Shown in pieces: positions 44,980 through 55,017 of a stretch of DNA of 64,000 nt. The notes under the pieces were generated by a model, which did not search any database, was not told where the DNA came from, and saw only the letters and a list, made by a program, of their open reading frames with translations. This DNA comes from Nitrosopumilus sp. GTDB lineage: Archaea; Thermoproteota; Nitrososphaeria; Nitrososphaerales; Nitrosopumilaceae. Location of the stretch: contig JAOTVS010000003.1 of the NCBI GenBank assembly GCA_029863275.1, positions 18,623-82,622 of the forward strand, read 5' to 3'. Numbering within the stretch: the first letter of the stretch is position 1; each line of letters starts with the position of its first letter. The position numbers were made by a program, and so were the translations under genes.

Positions 44980-46005
44980 ATGATAACATTAGGGAAGGAT
45001 GAAATTGCAAAATATCCATTTTTAGCAGATGCTGGTCAATATCTAAAAGATAAGGGATTTACACTTCAACAATTTGGAGTTGATCCAGATCTAAAAATAT
45101 CCTTAGAAAAAGCTCTCAACAGAGTTCAAGTTTCCGCAGATGGAAAAATCTACAAGTCAGACCTAATAGATGGTGAAGCTTCAAAAGATTATGTTCTAGA
45201 AAGAGAAGTTTTTTCTTTTCTTCTAGCCATTGTATTGCTAAAACTAACTAAAATGAATACTTTAATCAAAAGATTTGCTCTTGCTGAAGCAAGGCGCGCA
45301 GAAAAATATCTAGAAAAAGATCTAGCAAATATTACAGATGAATCCAAAAAAGAATTGGCAGTAAAAATTATTGATGATTTATTTTCAATTCAAATTAAAA
45401 AACAAGATGATTACTTTATAATTCCAATTTCAAATTATCTAAAATATTCTATAAATTTTCATGAACGAGAATGGAAATTAGTAAATCGACATGTAGGAGC
45501 AGGTTATGTTTATCTTACTCCTCATGAAACCGTCAGATTAATACGAAAAGAATTAAGTAATTACATTAGTTCAAAAATAATTAATGCAAAAATGCCTTCA
45601 ATGATATTAGGATTTGAAGAACCAGTTCAAAAATTAATTCTGTTATCTAAAAAATTTGCTACCTACACTATTACTACTGGTGAATATCCACCATGCATCA
45701 AACATGCAATAGAAATTCTAGAAAAAGGAGAAAATCTTCCACACTCTGGCAGGTTCATGTTAGCAACCTTTTTGTTATCCAGAAATCAATCTATAGAACA
45801 AATTGCTCCATTATTCAAAAATGCTCCTGATTACAATGAGAGAGTTACATTATACCAGTTAAATCACTTGGCGGGAACCTCAGGAAGTGGTACACAGTAC
45901 TCATGTCCATCTTGTGAAAAACTAAAAACCCAAAATCTTTGTTTTGCTATTCCTGAATGTGATAATATCATAAATCCTCTCCAATTTGGAAAAAGAAGAA
46001 AGTAA
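44980..46005 (+). CDS. priL: DNA primase large subunit
   Basis: C-terminal Fe-S Cys pattern (PPCIKH...CPSCEKL...CF). Abuts priS. I prefer ATG 44980 (MITLGKDEIAKYPFL) over the track start at 44929. Confidence 0.75.
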   Translation: MITLGKDEIAKYPFLADAGQYLKDKGFTLQQFGVDPDLKISLEKALNRVQVSADGKIYKSDLIDGEASKDYVLEREVFSFLLAIVLLKLTKMNTLIKRFALAEARRAEKYLEKDLANITDESKKELAVKIIDDLFSIQIKKQDDYFIIPISNYLKYSINFHEREWKLVNRHVGAGYVYLTPHETVRLIRKELSNYISSKIINAKMPSMILGFEEPVQKLILLSKKFATYTITTGEYPPCIKHAIEILEKGENLPHSGRFMLATFLLSRNQSIEQIAPLFKNAPDYNERVTLYQLNHLAGTSGSGTQYSCPSCEKLKTQNLCFAIPECDNIINPLQFGKRRK

Positions 46006-47127
46006 ATGCAAAACAAAGAAATTAAATTTTTAGAAGAATCTTTCAAAAAATATTATTTTGATCATTTTGATCTAATTCATGTACCTAAAAGAACATCAGA
46101 ACGAGAATTCGGATTTCAAAAATTCAATTCTGGTATGATACGCCACATCTCATTAAAAGATGACAAAGAATTGCATCTATTACTTATGCAAAATACCCCA
46201 TCTGATGTCTACTGTTCAAATGCCTATTACTCGTTTCCTAATCAACCTATGAATGAAAAAGATTGGAAAGAAGCTGATCTTATTTTTGATATTGATGCTA
46301 AAGACCTCCACTTAGATTGTAGACAGCATCACAGTGTCACCAAGTGTAATGAATGTAATCAAATATCTAATACAAATAATCATTGCTCCAAATGTAATTC
46401 AACTAAAATTGAAATAAAATCATTACCTTGTAAACATTGTATTGATGGATCAAAAAAAGAAGTTGTTAAATTATTAAATATTTTAGTTGATGATTTAGAT
46501 GTTGAAAAACATAATATTGAAATTTATTTTTCTGGAAATGAAGGATTTCACGTTTATGCTTATAATTCACAATTCCAAGAACTTGGTTCAAGAGAAAGAT
46601 CAGAATTAGTAGATTATATAATGTTTAGAGGTACTATTCCAGAAACTTTTGGGATGAAAAAATTAAAACCTAATAGATCTTTATTTCCAGAATTTAATGA
46701 AAAAGGATGGAGGGGTAGATTATCTAAAGAAATTTTTGGTTCTAAATCAAAACGATCAAAAATAATTTCAGATTTAATATCTGATGGCTATTCAAATTTT
46801 CAAAAAAGATTGGAAAATTTATCTACTTCTATTGGGTCTCAAATTGATCCGAACGTAACTATGGATATTCACAGAATTTTTCGATTGCCAGGTTCATTAA
46901 ACAGCAAAAGCGGACTCAGTAAAGTTTTATGTACAGATCTTCAAAAGTTTGATCCATATTCTGATTCATCTTTTCTAAACGAAAATACTATTGAAATTAC
47001 AGCAAATTGTCCCATCGAATTTAAATTAAAGAACAAAAAGTTCGGTCCCTATTACGAGGAACAAACAACGGTGCCTACTTTTGCAGCGGTGTATATGATT
47101 TGTAAGAATTTAGCTAGAATATCCTAA
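46006..47127 (+). CDS. priS: DNA primase small (catalytic) subunit
   Basis: 373 aa. Catalytic acidic motif LIFDIDAKD, Zn-binding Cys clusters, and SGNEGFHVY motif. Confidence 0.85.
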   Translation: MQNKEIKFLEESFKKYYFDHFDLIHVPKRTSEREFGFQKFNSGMIRHISLKDDKELHLLLMQNTPSDVYCSNAYYSFPNQPMNEKDWKEADLIFDIDAKDLHLDCRQHHSVTKCNECNQISNTNNHCSKCNSTKIEIKSLPCKHCIDGSKKEVVKLLNILVDDLDVEKHNIEIYFSGNEGFHVYAYNSQFQELGSRERSELVDYIMFRGTIPETFGMKKLKPNRSLFPEFNEKGWRGRLSKEIFGSKSKRSKIISDLISDGYSNFQKRLENLSTSIGSQIDPNVTMDIHRIFRLPGSLNSKSGLSKVLCTDLQKFDPYSDSSFLNENTIEITANCPIEFKLKNKKFGPYYEEQTTVPTFAAVYMICKNLARIS

Positions 47128-47249
47128 ATTTCTTCAAAAACTTCATTTTATAGTTGAAAATTTGATTTTTTTCTGATTTTGCAAAGAAAATTTTCTATTA
47201 TATTTTATTTATTCTGGTAAGACATTAATTTACCAAATCATAACGAAGT

Positions 47250-50108
47250 TTGATTTTGTATAGCGCCACTACTGATAAACAAGCTCCACCTCCAGATGCT
47301 GGAAAATACATCCGTCTGGGAATTATTGCATTAATTATTATTGCAATTGTTGCTATTGGTGGAAACCAGGCAGTAATACTTTCGATGAATTTTACTGAAT
47401 TTGGAGAAAAATTCACTAAACCTCTTTACTACTCTCTTGTGTCCACCATAATTCTTTCAGCAATCGCATTGGTACGAATTAACATTATATCAAGATCCTC
47501 TATTTTTTGGTATTCTATTAAAACTGGAATAGGATTTATTGCTCAAGGACCGCAGCAATCAATTTCAAATAATATTACTAGCTTTAAAAATTTTAAACTA
47601 AGTACAGCCCAATTTGTGATCTGGCAAATCACCAAAATTTTGCTATTTGGTGCATTTTTCGTAAATACAATGTTTGGATTTGCAGCAATATCTTTTCTTG
47701 ATGGCAATACCTTAGGTATTGAAAACTTACCCACATTATTCTCATTGCCTTTTGTGACTCCAGAAACTAATCAAAATTATGCCTTAGAACAAGTCGTTCC
47801 AATGATTCCAGCTTTAATAATTTTAATTCCATCTGTATTAGCAGCCTTTGGTCTTCGCTTAGTATTGTATCTTGGAATCCATAGAATATTAGATGTAATT
47901 ACTTCATTCATTCAAGATTCTAATGAAGGCAAACCTAGATATCTAAATTATGTATCAACCATAGAATCTATTTTAGGTATAGGAATTATTTGGGTAGGAT
48001 TTAATTTATTTTTTACCGATCAGATAGACTATAATTCACGATATGTTATCGGCGGAGTTTTACTAGTTGGATTTGCATTTTTAGCATTTTCATTTGCCGA
48101 TAGAATAAGATCTAGAGTTCTTACTCATATGTTCAAAAGAGATGTTTACATTAGAATTTTTACTGTTTTAGTAATTATAATAATAGTCATTGCAGTAATT
48201 TCAGTAAATAACAGTATTGCAGATTCTAGAAAAATTGAATATTTGGGTCCATACACAGCTCAACAGATTGGTGTTAATCGATATCTTGGAGAATTAGATA
48301 ACGTTGTAGAAAATGATCATGATGTGAGACTTGAAAATATATCTCCAAATAACATAAAAAATTATGTTGGACAAAATAGCGATGTTTTAGATGTTATTAG
48401 AATTTGGGATTGGGAAGCAGCTTTTGCCAAACTAAAACCTGAAATCGGCTTGATACCATATGTGGATTTTGAGGACAATGATATTCTCCGTTTTGATAAC
48501 AATCTTTACTGGACTGCTTCTATGAAACCGATTTTACCAACAACTGTCGCTAATGAAAATAGATGGTATAATGAACATCTGGTTTATACTCATGTTCCAA
48601 ATGGATTTCTTACACTTGACGCTACAGCAGGGCAAATTGTGGATAGCGGTGAATTTTTCACTCAAAGAGAAATCTATTATGGTGAAGGAGGTCTTTTTGA
48701 ACAGACCTGGTCAGCATATCCTAATTCAAGAGGTGATGTGAGTGCTGAGTTAGGAGGAGTATTTTATGACGGGGAAGGAGGATTAGATGTATCACCCCCT
48801 CTAAGTTGGATTTTTGAACCAAATTTCCTTTTGTCTTTCCCAGGTGAATCTGTTCATATAATGAGATACAAAGATGTACATGATAGGATGGAACTTCTCT
48901 ATCCTTATTTCTTGTATGATTTATTTGGAAAAGAATTAGATTCTCTTCCTGTTACAGATGGAAACAAAACATACTGGTTGGTCCCACTTATTATTGGATT
49001 TGATACAAGTAATGTTCCATGGTCGATAGGAAATCCCTATTTGCGATTAGTAGGATATGCATTAGTTGATACACAAGATGGCGATATTGAATTATTACAA
49101 ACTGGAGATGATTTCTTTACTGAAATGTTTTCAAAGCAATATTCTGAACAGTTTGTCCCAATACCTGATTGGCTAGAAGAACAAATACGATATCCATCTG
49201 AATTATTTAATTGGAAGACAGAAATGTATAACATCTATCATGTAACTAATGTCGAGAAATTTATTCAAGCAAATGAATTTTATGAAATACCATCTGGTTT
49301 AGATACTTATTATATTCAAGCCAAGCCACCAGGATTTGAAACGACTGAATTCATTGGTTTATTATCTCTAGAATTAAGAGGCTCTCAAGGAAGGAATCTT
49401 GCAGGTTACATGATCGTTGAAAATGATCTTTCAAATCTAGGAGACTTGCAATTTTATGAAGTTCCATTAAACTCTACTACCAAATTAATAGGTCCTACTG
49501 CTGTCAGTGAAGCTCTAGACAGAGATCCTGAATTTGCTCAATTAAAGACTCTTTTGAGAAATCCTAGAATCGGTGATAATATTTTGTATAGGGTTGGAGA
49601 GTATGATGTTTACTTTATCCCCGTTTATACGGCAGGAGCAGGAGGAGTCGTAGCTCAACTTGGTACAATTGCTGCTGTCGGTGCCGCATTTACGGGAGAA
49701 TATTATGTTGGTTTGGGAACAACTCAGGAAGAAGCATTTACAAAATACCTACAAAAGGTATCAGGAGTTGATTCAGCATCATCATCAGATCCGATTTTTG
49801 CAGAATTGAATAGGGAAGATAGAATAGATATCATTCGAGAAGTATTTGTAAGTGAAGGAATAGAAATTTCAGAACCCACATCCATTCAGGTCCCACTCTC
49901 ATTTAATGAAGGAGAAATGTTCTTTTATACTGAAAATGAACGTGAGGAAACTGAAGTTTTCTTGTCCCAATTCATAGACGATTTCGTGAAACCAAGGAGT
50001 GAACGAGTGTTCATGTGGGAAGAGGAAAATCGATTTAATATTGGCACCATAGTAGTAAAGGACAATATTCCAGAAATGCACTTTATCACCGTTGAAGTCG
50101 GTGCATAA
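47250..50108 (+). CDS. Large membrane protein, UPF0182-like (function unknown)
   Basis: 952 aa. About 7 N-terminal TM helices followed by a large soluble domain of roughly 600 aa. Family call from architecture and memory of UPF0182; not verified. Confidence 0.55.
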   Translation: MILYSATTDKQAPPPDAGKYIRLGIIALIIIAIVAIGGNQAVILSMNFTEFGEKFTKPLYYSLVSTIILSAIALVRINIISRSSIFWYSIKTGIGFIAQGPQQSISNNITSFKNFKLSTAQFVIWQITKILLFGAFFVNTMFGFAAISFLDGNTLGIENLPTLFSLPFVTPETNQNYALEQVVPMIPALIILIPSVLAAFGLRLVLYLGIHRILDVITSFIQDSNEGKPRYLNYVSTIESILGIGIIWVGFNLFFTDQIDYNSRYVIGGVLLVGFAFLAFSFADRIRSRVLTHMFKRDVYIRIFTVLVIIIIVIAVISVNNSIADSRKIEYLGPYTAQQIGVNRYLGELDNVVENDHDVRLENISPNNIKNYVGQNSDVLDVIRIWDWEAAFAKLKPEIGLIPYVDFEDNDILRFDNNLYWTASMKPILPTTVANENRWYNEHLVYTHVPNGFLTLDATAGQIVDSGEFFTQREIYYGEGGLFEQTWSAYPNSRGDVSAELGGVFYDGEGGLDVSPPLSWIFEPNFLLSFPGESVHIMRYKDVHDRMELLYPYFLYDLFGKELDSLPVTDGNKTYWLVPLIIGFDTSNVPWSIGNPYLRLVGYALVDTQDGDIELLQTGDDFFTEMFSKQYSEQFVPIPDWLEEQIRYPSELFNWKTEMYNIYHVTNVEKFIQANEFYEIPSGLDTYYIQAKPPGFETTEFIGLLSLELRGSQGRNLAGYMIVENDLSNLGDLQFYEVPLNSTTKLIGPTAVSEALDRDPEFAQLKTLLRNPRIGDNILYRVGEYDVYFIPVYTAGAGGVVAQLGTIAAVGAAFTGEYYVGLGTTQEEAFTKYLQKVSGVDSASSSDPIFAELNREDRIDIIREVFVSEGIEISEPTSIQVPLSFNEGEMFFYTENEREETEVFLSQFIDDFVKPRSERVFMWEEENRFNIGTIVVKDNIPEMHFITVEVGA

Positions 50109-50261
50109 ACTCTACATTTTTGAATTTAAGGGCAAGTTTTAATCACAAAAGAAAATTGTTCATTATTGTTTTACTTTATCATATTCCAAAATAAAATTCA
50201 ACTTTTAAAATATCAGACAATTACTGAAAACCTAAATTAAGAATAAGTTTTCATTTTCTTA

Positions 50262-50804
50262 TTGCTTCTGGTAGTTGATAATGGATCTATTTACACTTCT
50301 GATTTAGTGGATTTTCTAAAAGAAAAAAATTTTTTATTCGAAAAAATATCTCCATATGATTTAGAATTAGAATTACTTGAAAAATATGATTCCTTTATTC
50401 TTTCAGGTCGTCGAAAAAATGAAAAAAAAATTAATGAAATCAATTCTAAAATAATCAAACACAGTATCCAAAATAATAAAAAACTATTAGGTATTTGTTA
50501 TGGAGCAGAAATTTTGTCTCTTACTTTGGGAGGGACTATAAGAAAATTAGAAACTGTACAAAAAGGAATTGAAAAAATTTCTATTTTAAAAAACAATGTT
50601 TTGATTAATAAAAAAATAAAGGTATTTGAAAGTCATGGATATGAAATTTCAAAACTTCCTGATTTATTAATCTCAATTGCCAGATCAACATATTGTAACC
50701 ATGAAATAATTCAATACGATGGAAAATTCATTTTTGGGACACAATTTCATCCTGAAATGACATCAGATGGAAAAGATCTTATCCATGAATTTTGTCTTCT
50801 CTGA
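50262..50804 (+). CDS. Class I glutamine amidotransferase domain protein
   Basis: 180 aa. Nucleophile elbow LLGICYGAEIL and QFHPE His/Glu motif. Confidence 0.7.
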   Translation: MLLVVDNGSIYTSDLVDFLKEKNFLFEKISPYDLELELLEKYDSFILSGRRKNEKKINEINSKIIKHSIQNNKKLLGICYGAEILSLTLGGTIRKLETVQKGIEKISILKNNVLINKKIKVFESHGYEISKLPDLLISIARSTYCNHEIIQYDGKFIFGTQFHPEMTSDGKDLIHEFCLL

Positions 50805-50839
50805 TTAGTTTTAATAACTCTCAGAATTTCTTGTAACTA

Positions 50840-51802
50840 TTGGAATCCTCAAATCATGAATTATTGCTTCCCTTGGTTCAAGAAGAAAACATTTGTCTAC
50901 CTTTACCGATTAATGTTGTATCTAAATATTGGAACATCAATCTACCAATAGAAGAAGCCTTAGAAACTGCAAAACAATACCCTTCAAATACTGGAAGTGT
51001 CTTAATAGAAGGAATTGAACTGGCCGAACGAAATGGATTGGTATGCAAAATTCGCCATTCATCTCTTCCCGAATTAAAAAAAATAATTGATAATGGTATT
51101 CCCCCTATTGTTATTTTACCTGGAATTCCAGAAATAACTCAACATGCCTCAATAATTTCAGGTTATGATGAAACTGAAAATACAATACTTCACTATATAC
51201 AAAAAGGAACTCAAGAAGGAGAACAACAAGAAGGAGCAATTCCTCAAAAAATATTTGATAAGGAATGGTCAGAAGATGGAAGATTATTAATTATTTTAGC
51301 TCCAACTGATATTGTTTCATCCTTAAACATTCCACCAAATTTAGATGAGGAATCTAATCGTTTATGTTTTATCTCTGAAAAATTAAATCTTCAAAAAAAT
51401 ACCAACGAGGCTTTGGAAACTTTAAAGAAAGCAGTGAACTTAGATTCTACCAATTTTACCGCATTACATTTGTTAGCTGGAACATTAAATTCTCAAAACT
51501 CAGAGGATTGTATAAAATACTATCAAAAAAGTATTGAACTCAATAAGCAATATTTTCTATCCTATAATGGATTAGGTAACTTCTATCTAAAATCTAATCA
51601 ATTTGAAAAAGCAGAACCTTGTTATACAAAAGCAATAGAAATTAATCCAAAAAGATCAGCAAGAATTTATAAAAATCGTGCATATCTTCGAGAGAAACAA
51701 CAAAAGAATTTAGAAGCAAAAGATGATTTGAAAAATTACCTAAAATTATCTCCAAAAGCAAAAGACAGAGGAATTATTGAGCAAGCCATTAGAGAATTAT
51801 AA
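50840..51802 (+). CDS. TPR-repeat protein with N-terminal papain-like (peptidase C39-like) domain
   Basis: 320 aa. The C-terminal half has clear TPR repeats (ALHLLAGTLNS...YYQKSIELN; YNGLGNFYLKSNQFEKAEPCYTKAIEINP). N-terminal Cys...His arrangement is tentative. Confidence 0.6.
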   Translation: MESSNHELLLPLVQEENICLPLPINVVSKYWNINLPIEEALETAKQYPSNTGSVLIEGIELAERNGLVCKIRHSSLPELKKIIDNGIPPIVILPGIPEITQHASIISGYDETENTILHYIQKGTQEGEQQEGAIPQKIFDKEWSEDGRLLIILAPTDIVSSLNIPPNLDEESNRLCFISEKLNLQKNTNEALETLKKAVNLDSTNFTALHLLAGTLNSQNSEDCIKYYQKSIELNKQYFLSYNGLGNFYLKSNQFEKAEPCYTKAIEINPKRSARIYKNRAYLREKQQKNLEAKDDLKNYLKLSPKAKDRGIIEQAIREL

Positions 51803-51806
51803 AAAA
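51801..51806 (-). terminator. Oligo-T tract immediately 3' of tRNA-Gly
   Basis: AAAAAA on the plus strand gives TTTTTT directly after the tRNA discriminator base on the minus strand. Archaeal termination commonly uses oligo-T. Confidence 0.4.
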
Positions 51807-51880
51807 TGCGGAGTGCGGGATTTGAACCCGCGGCCTTCAGCTTGGGAAGCTGACGTTATACCAGACTAAACTAACTCCGC
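51807..51880 (-). tRNA. tRNA-Gly (anticodon CCC)
   Basis: Hand-folded cloverleaf of the minus strand: GCGGAGU acceptor paired with ACUCCGC; anticodon stem UCAGC/GCUGA with loop UUCCCAA; T arm GCGGG-UUCAAAU-CCCGC; discriminator A. No encoded CCA and no intron. Confidence 0.9.
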
Positions 51881-51932
51881 CTAAACTCAATTATCTAATT
51901 ATGATTAAATATCTTAACTAACTATCAATTAC

Positions 51933-52106
51933 ATGGATGCACGTTGTCCCGAATGCGAAAAAGTAGCAATATTAAATGAGGAGATAACCAAAGTAAAATG
52001 CCCTCACTGTAATTTTGAAGCAGATTATGAAACCTATCTTGAAATTATGAAAGAACAAGCAATTAACATGTCCTCTGACTATATCCCAGATAGACCTGGT
52101 TTTTAA
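51933..52106 (+). CDS. Mini zinc-ribbon protein (57 aa, below ORF-track cutoff)
   Basis: My translation: MDARCPECEKVAILNEEITKVKCPHCNFEADYETYLEIMKEQAINMSSDYIPDRPGF*. It has CPEC...CPHC. Confidence 0.45.
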   Translation: MDARCPECEKVAILNEEITKVKCPHCNFEADYETYLEIMKEQAINMSSDYIPDRPGF

Positions 52107-52229
52107 TTACCAAAAACTCCCTTTATCAGAGCAATCCAAATGTGCCCCACATTTTGGACAAAACATATGACATGCTTGAATATCTACCATCTTATTATCG
52201 CATCGAGGGCATCGGATTTCTTTATCCAT
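52107..52229 (-). CDS. Mini zinc-ribbon protein (40 aa, below ORF-track cutoff)
   Basis: My translation: MDKEIRCPRCDNKMVDIQACHMFCPKCGAHLDCSDKGSFW*. It has CPRC...CPKC. Its stop codon abuts the stop of the 51933..52106 ORF. Confidence 0.4.
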   Translation of the reverse strand: MDKEIRCPRCDNKMVDIQACHMFCPKCGAHLDCSDKGSFW

Positions 52230-52303
52230 ATCAATAATGACAAATCTTGATTTAAAAATAATGTCCAAAGGTTAATTAGTCCTTCAGAATGTTTTTGGAA
52301 TAA

Positions 52304-52699
52304 TTGACAAATTTCAAACTTACAGTATCAGACATTAAAGGAAAATCTGTAACAAAGGAATTAAAAGATAATGATGGTAATCCATTATTAGGTTTACAGA
52401 TTGGAAATGAAACAGATGCTGTAATTGTTGGACTAAAAGGAAAATTAAAAATCACTGGAGGTAGTGACAAATCTGGAATACCCATGAGAAGTGATATTCA
52501 TGGTGCTGCAAGGAAAAGAGTTCTTCTTACAAAGGGTGTTGGATTACAAAACGCAGAAATTGGACAAAGAGTTAGAAAGCTTATGAGAGGAAATACAATC
52601 TCTGAAGAAATTTATCAACTAAACTGTAAATACGATGGAGAACTTCCAATTGAAACTCCTGAGGAAACAGTTGAAAATTCTGAAGAAAAAAAAGAATAA
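52304..52699 (+). CDS. rps6e: 30S ribosomal protein S6e
   Basis: 131 aa. FKLTVSDIKGKS...GGSDKSGIPMR...RKRVLL pattern typical of archaeal S6e. TTG start in the track. Confidence 0.88.
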   Translation: MTNFKLTVSDIKGKSVTKELKDNDGNPLLGLQIGNETDAVIVGLKGKLKITGGSDKSGIPMRSDIHGAARKRVLLTKGVGLQNAEIGQRVRKLMRGNTISEEIYQLNCKYDGELPIETPEETVENSEEKKE

Positions 52700-52730
52700 C
52701 TTAACATATACCAGTTCTACATTTTGACTC

Positions 52731-53993
52731 ATGCATTGGCGAGATACACTTCCTGATTGGTACATTAAAAAATATGGATATCAACCATGTGTAAACATTG
52801 GTACTGCAGGCCATGTAGATCATGGTAAAACAACTTTGATTCAAGCCTTGACAGGATCTTGGACTAGTGTTCATAGCCAAGAATTAAAACGTGGAATCAC
52901 TATCCGTGTAGGTTATTCTGATGCTGCATTTTACAAATGTGCAAAGTGTGAAGAGCCTCTAGGATATTCAACTACTCCCAAATGTAATAACTGTGGAAAA
53001 AATAGTGAATTATCTAGGGTTGTAAGTTTTGTTGATAGCCCAGGTCACGAAAGTCTAATGGCAAATATGCTTTCAGGTTCTGCATTAATGGACGGTGCAT
53101 TATTGTTGATAGCTTCAAATGAAAAAGTTCCTAAACCTCAAACCAAAGAACATCTTTTGGCCCTTCAAACTCTCAACATTCAACAAATTGTAGTAGTTCA
53201 AAACAAAGTAGACCTAATCTCATACAAAGATGCCATTTCAAATTACCAAGAAATTACTAAATTTGTTAAAGGAACGCATGCATCAAAAGCTCCAATAATT
53301 CCCATTTCTGCCCAATCGGGACTAAATATTGATGCATTAATTGGATCTATTGAGTCAACCATCAAAACACCCGAAAGAGATGAAACAAAGGATCCAATAA
53401 TGCATGTGTTAAGATCTTTTGATGTAAACAAACCAGGGACTAAATTAAAAAACATCAAAGGAGGAATAATAGGGGGAAGTCTCACTCAAGGAATTTTTAA
53501 CGTAGGAGATGAAATAGAAATTAAACCAGGAATATTGAATGAAAAAAAGAAAATCTATGAGCCATTACATACTGAGATTACTTCATTAGGTACTGCTGCA
53601 GGAATCGTAGATTCAGTTAAACCAGGAGGACTAGTAGCAATTGGCACTAAATTAGATCCTGCTATGACTAGAAGTGATTCTTTTATTGGATCAGTAATTG
53701 GAAAGCCTGGAACTCTTCCAGAAAATTCCACTATCATTACACTTGAAGTAAATCTTTTTGACTCTGCTGTAGGAATTGCAGAAGATACAAAAGTACTTCC
53801 AATACAAAAGGATGAACTTTTAAGATTAAACATTGGAACAGCTCCTATTTTAGGAAAGGTTTCCAAAATAAAATCAAAAAAAGTGGAACTAGAACTAAGA
53901 AGACCAGCTTGTATTTTCAAGAAGGAAAATGTGGCTATTAGTAGGCGAATCTCTGATAGGTGGAGATTAATTGGAGCCGGAGTAATTGGTTGA
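52731..53993 (+). CDS. eif2g: Translation initiation factor aIF2 gamma subunit
   Basis: 420 aa. G motifs GHVDHGKTT, DSPGHE, NKVD, SAQ, and the Zn knuckle insert CAKCEE...CNNCG. Confidence 0.92.
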   Translation: MHWRDTLPDWYIKKYGYQPCVNIGTAGHVDHGKTTLIQALTGSWTSVHSQELKRGITIRVGYSDAAFYKCAKCEEPLGYSTTPKCNNCGKNSELSRVVSFVDSPGHESLMANMLSGSALMDGALLLIASNEKVPKPQTKEHLLALQTLNIQQIVVVQNKVDLISYKDAISNYQEITKFVKGTHASKAPIIPISAQSGLNIDALIGSIESTIKTPERDETKDPIMHVLRSFDVNKPGTKLKNIKGGIIGGSLTQGIFNVGDEIEIKPGILNEKKKIYEPLHTEITSLGTAAGIVDSVKPGGLVAIGTKLDPAMTRSDSFIGSVIGKPGTLPENSTIITLEVNLFDSAVGIAEDTKVLPIQKDELLRLNIGTAPILGKVSKIKSKKVELELRRPACIFKKENVAISRRISDRWRLIGAGVIG

Positions 53994-54354
53994 AGTTCTC
54001 ACGGATACAAACTTTTTAATTCATTTAGCTACCCAAAGAATCAAAAATCTTGATAATATTGATGTAGAAATTGGATCAATTTCCTTTGTAGTTCCAAAAG
54101 TAGTTCAAAACGAATTAAACAACTTGAAAAATGACATTAAAAAAAAACAGGAGATCATAACTACCCTTAATTATATTAAAAATTTTAAAATTATTCCAAT
54201 TGATGGTAAATTTGCCGATAAAGAATTAATTAATTATGTAAAAAACAATGGTGGTATTATTGGGACCATGGATAAAGAATTAAAAAAAGAAATTAAAAAA
54301 AATGGAGGATCCATTATTTCATTTTCAAACAATAAAATCGTACTTGAACCTTAG
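53986..54354 (+). CDS. PIN-domain protein (Fcf1/Utp24-like)
   Basis: 122 aa. VLTDTNFLIH N-terminal PIN acidic motif and a later TMDKELKK segment. Overlaps the aIF2-gamma stop by 8 nt. Confidence 0.65.
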   Translation: MVEVLTDTNFLIHLATQRIKNLDNIDVEIGSISFVVPKVVQNELNNLKNDIKKKQEIITTLNYIKNFKIIPIDGKFADKELINYVKNNGGIIGTMDKELKKEIKKNGGSIISFSNNKIVLEP

Positions 54355-54374
54355 TAAAATTTAACTGGAACAAT

Positions 54375-54839
54375 TTGATTAAAAATATGTCTATGAAAAT
54401 TGAAAGTAGTGCTTTTCAAAATGGAGGAGAAATTCCTAAAAAATACGGTTTTAAAAAAGACAACATAAATCCAAAATTAATAATTAAAGATGTACCTGCA
54501 GAGGCCAAATCATTGACGCTCATCATGGATGATCCAGATGCTATAGGAGCTGTGGGAAAAATATGGGTCCATTGGATTATTTGGAATATTGATCCTACTA
54601 TTACTGAAATTCAAGAAAATTCAATACCCTCTAATTCAATCCAAGGAAAAACTGATTTTGGGGAAATTGGATATGGAGGACCTGCCCCACCTGACAAGGA
54701 ACATGCGTATATTTTCAAACTGTATGCTCTTGACAATAAATTAAATCTAAAAGAAGGATCTTCAAAATTAGAAATAGAAAAAGCGATGAAAAGTCACATA
54801 ATTGCTGAATCTAAACTAGAAGGTAGATACGCACCTTGA
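54375..54839 (+). CDS. PEBP-family protein (YbhB/YbcL)
   Basis: 154 aa. DDPDA, VHWIIWNI, GYGGPAPPDKEHAYIFKLYALD signature. Confidence 0.85.
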   Translation: MIKNMSMKIESSAFQNGGEIPKKYGFKKDNINPKLIIKDVPAEAKSLTLIMDDPDAIGAVGKIWVHWIIWNIDPTITEIQENSIPSNSIQGKTDFGEIGYGGPAPPDKEHAYIFKLYALDNKLNLKEGSSKLEIEKAMKSHIIAESKLEGRYAP

Positions 54840-54857
54840 AAATATAGAAATTATTTT

Positions 54858-55016
54858 TTATTGATTATAGCGCTCAGCTAATCTATATTTCATATATCTA
54901 TCATCAGGAGAAAACTTAGCGGGATGAGCAGAAATTGTTTCCTCTTTGCATAAGGGACATCTTTCTTTAAGTGTATAATGATAATCCTTTGGGCATTTTC
55001 TTAACTGAAAACGCAA
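54858..55016 (-). CDS. nop10: H/ACA RNP protein Nop10
   Basis: LRKCPKDYHYTLKERCPLCKEETISAHPAKFSPDDRYMKYR matches the Nop10 zinc ribbon plus PAKFSPDD motif. I trim the track ORF (to 55082) to the TTG at 55016, just after the aIF2-alpha stop, giving 52 aa. Confidence 0.8.
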   Translation of the reverse strand: MRFQLRKCPKDYHYTLKERCPLCKEETISAHPAKFSPDDRYMKYRLAERYNQ

Positions 55017-55017
55017 A

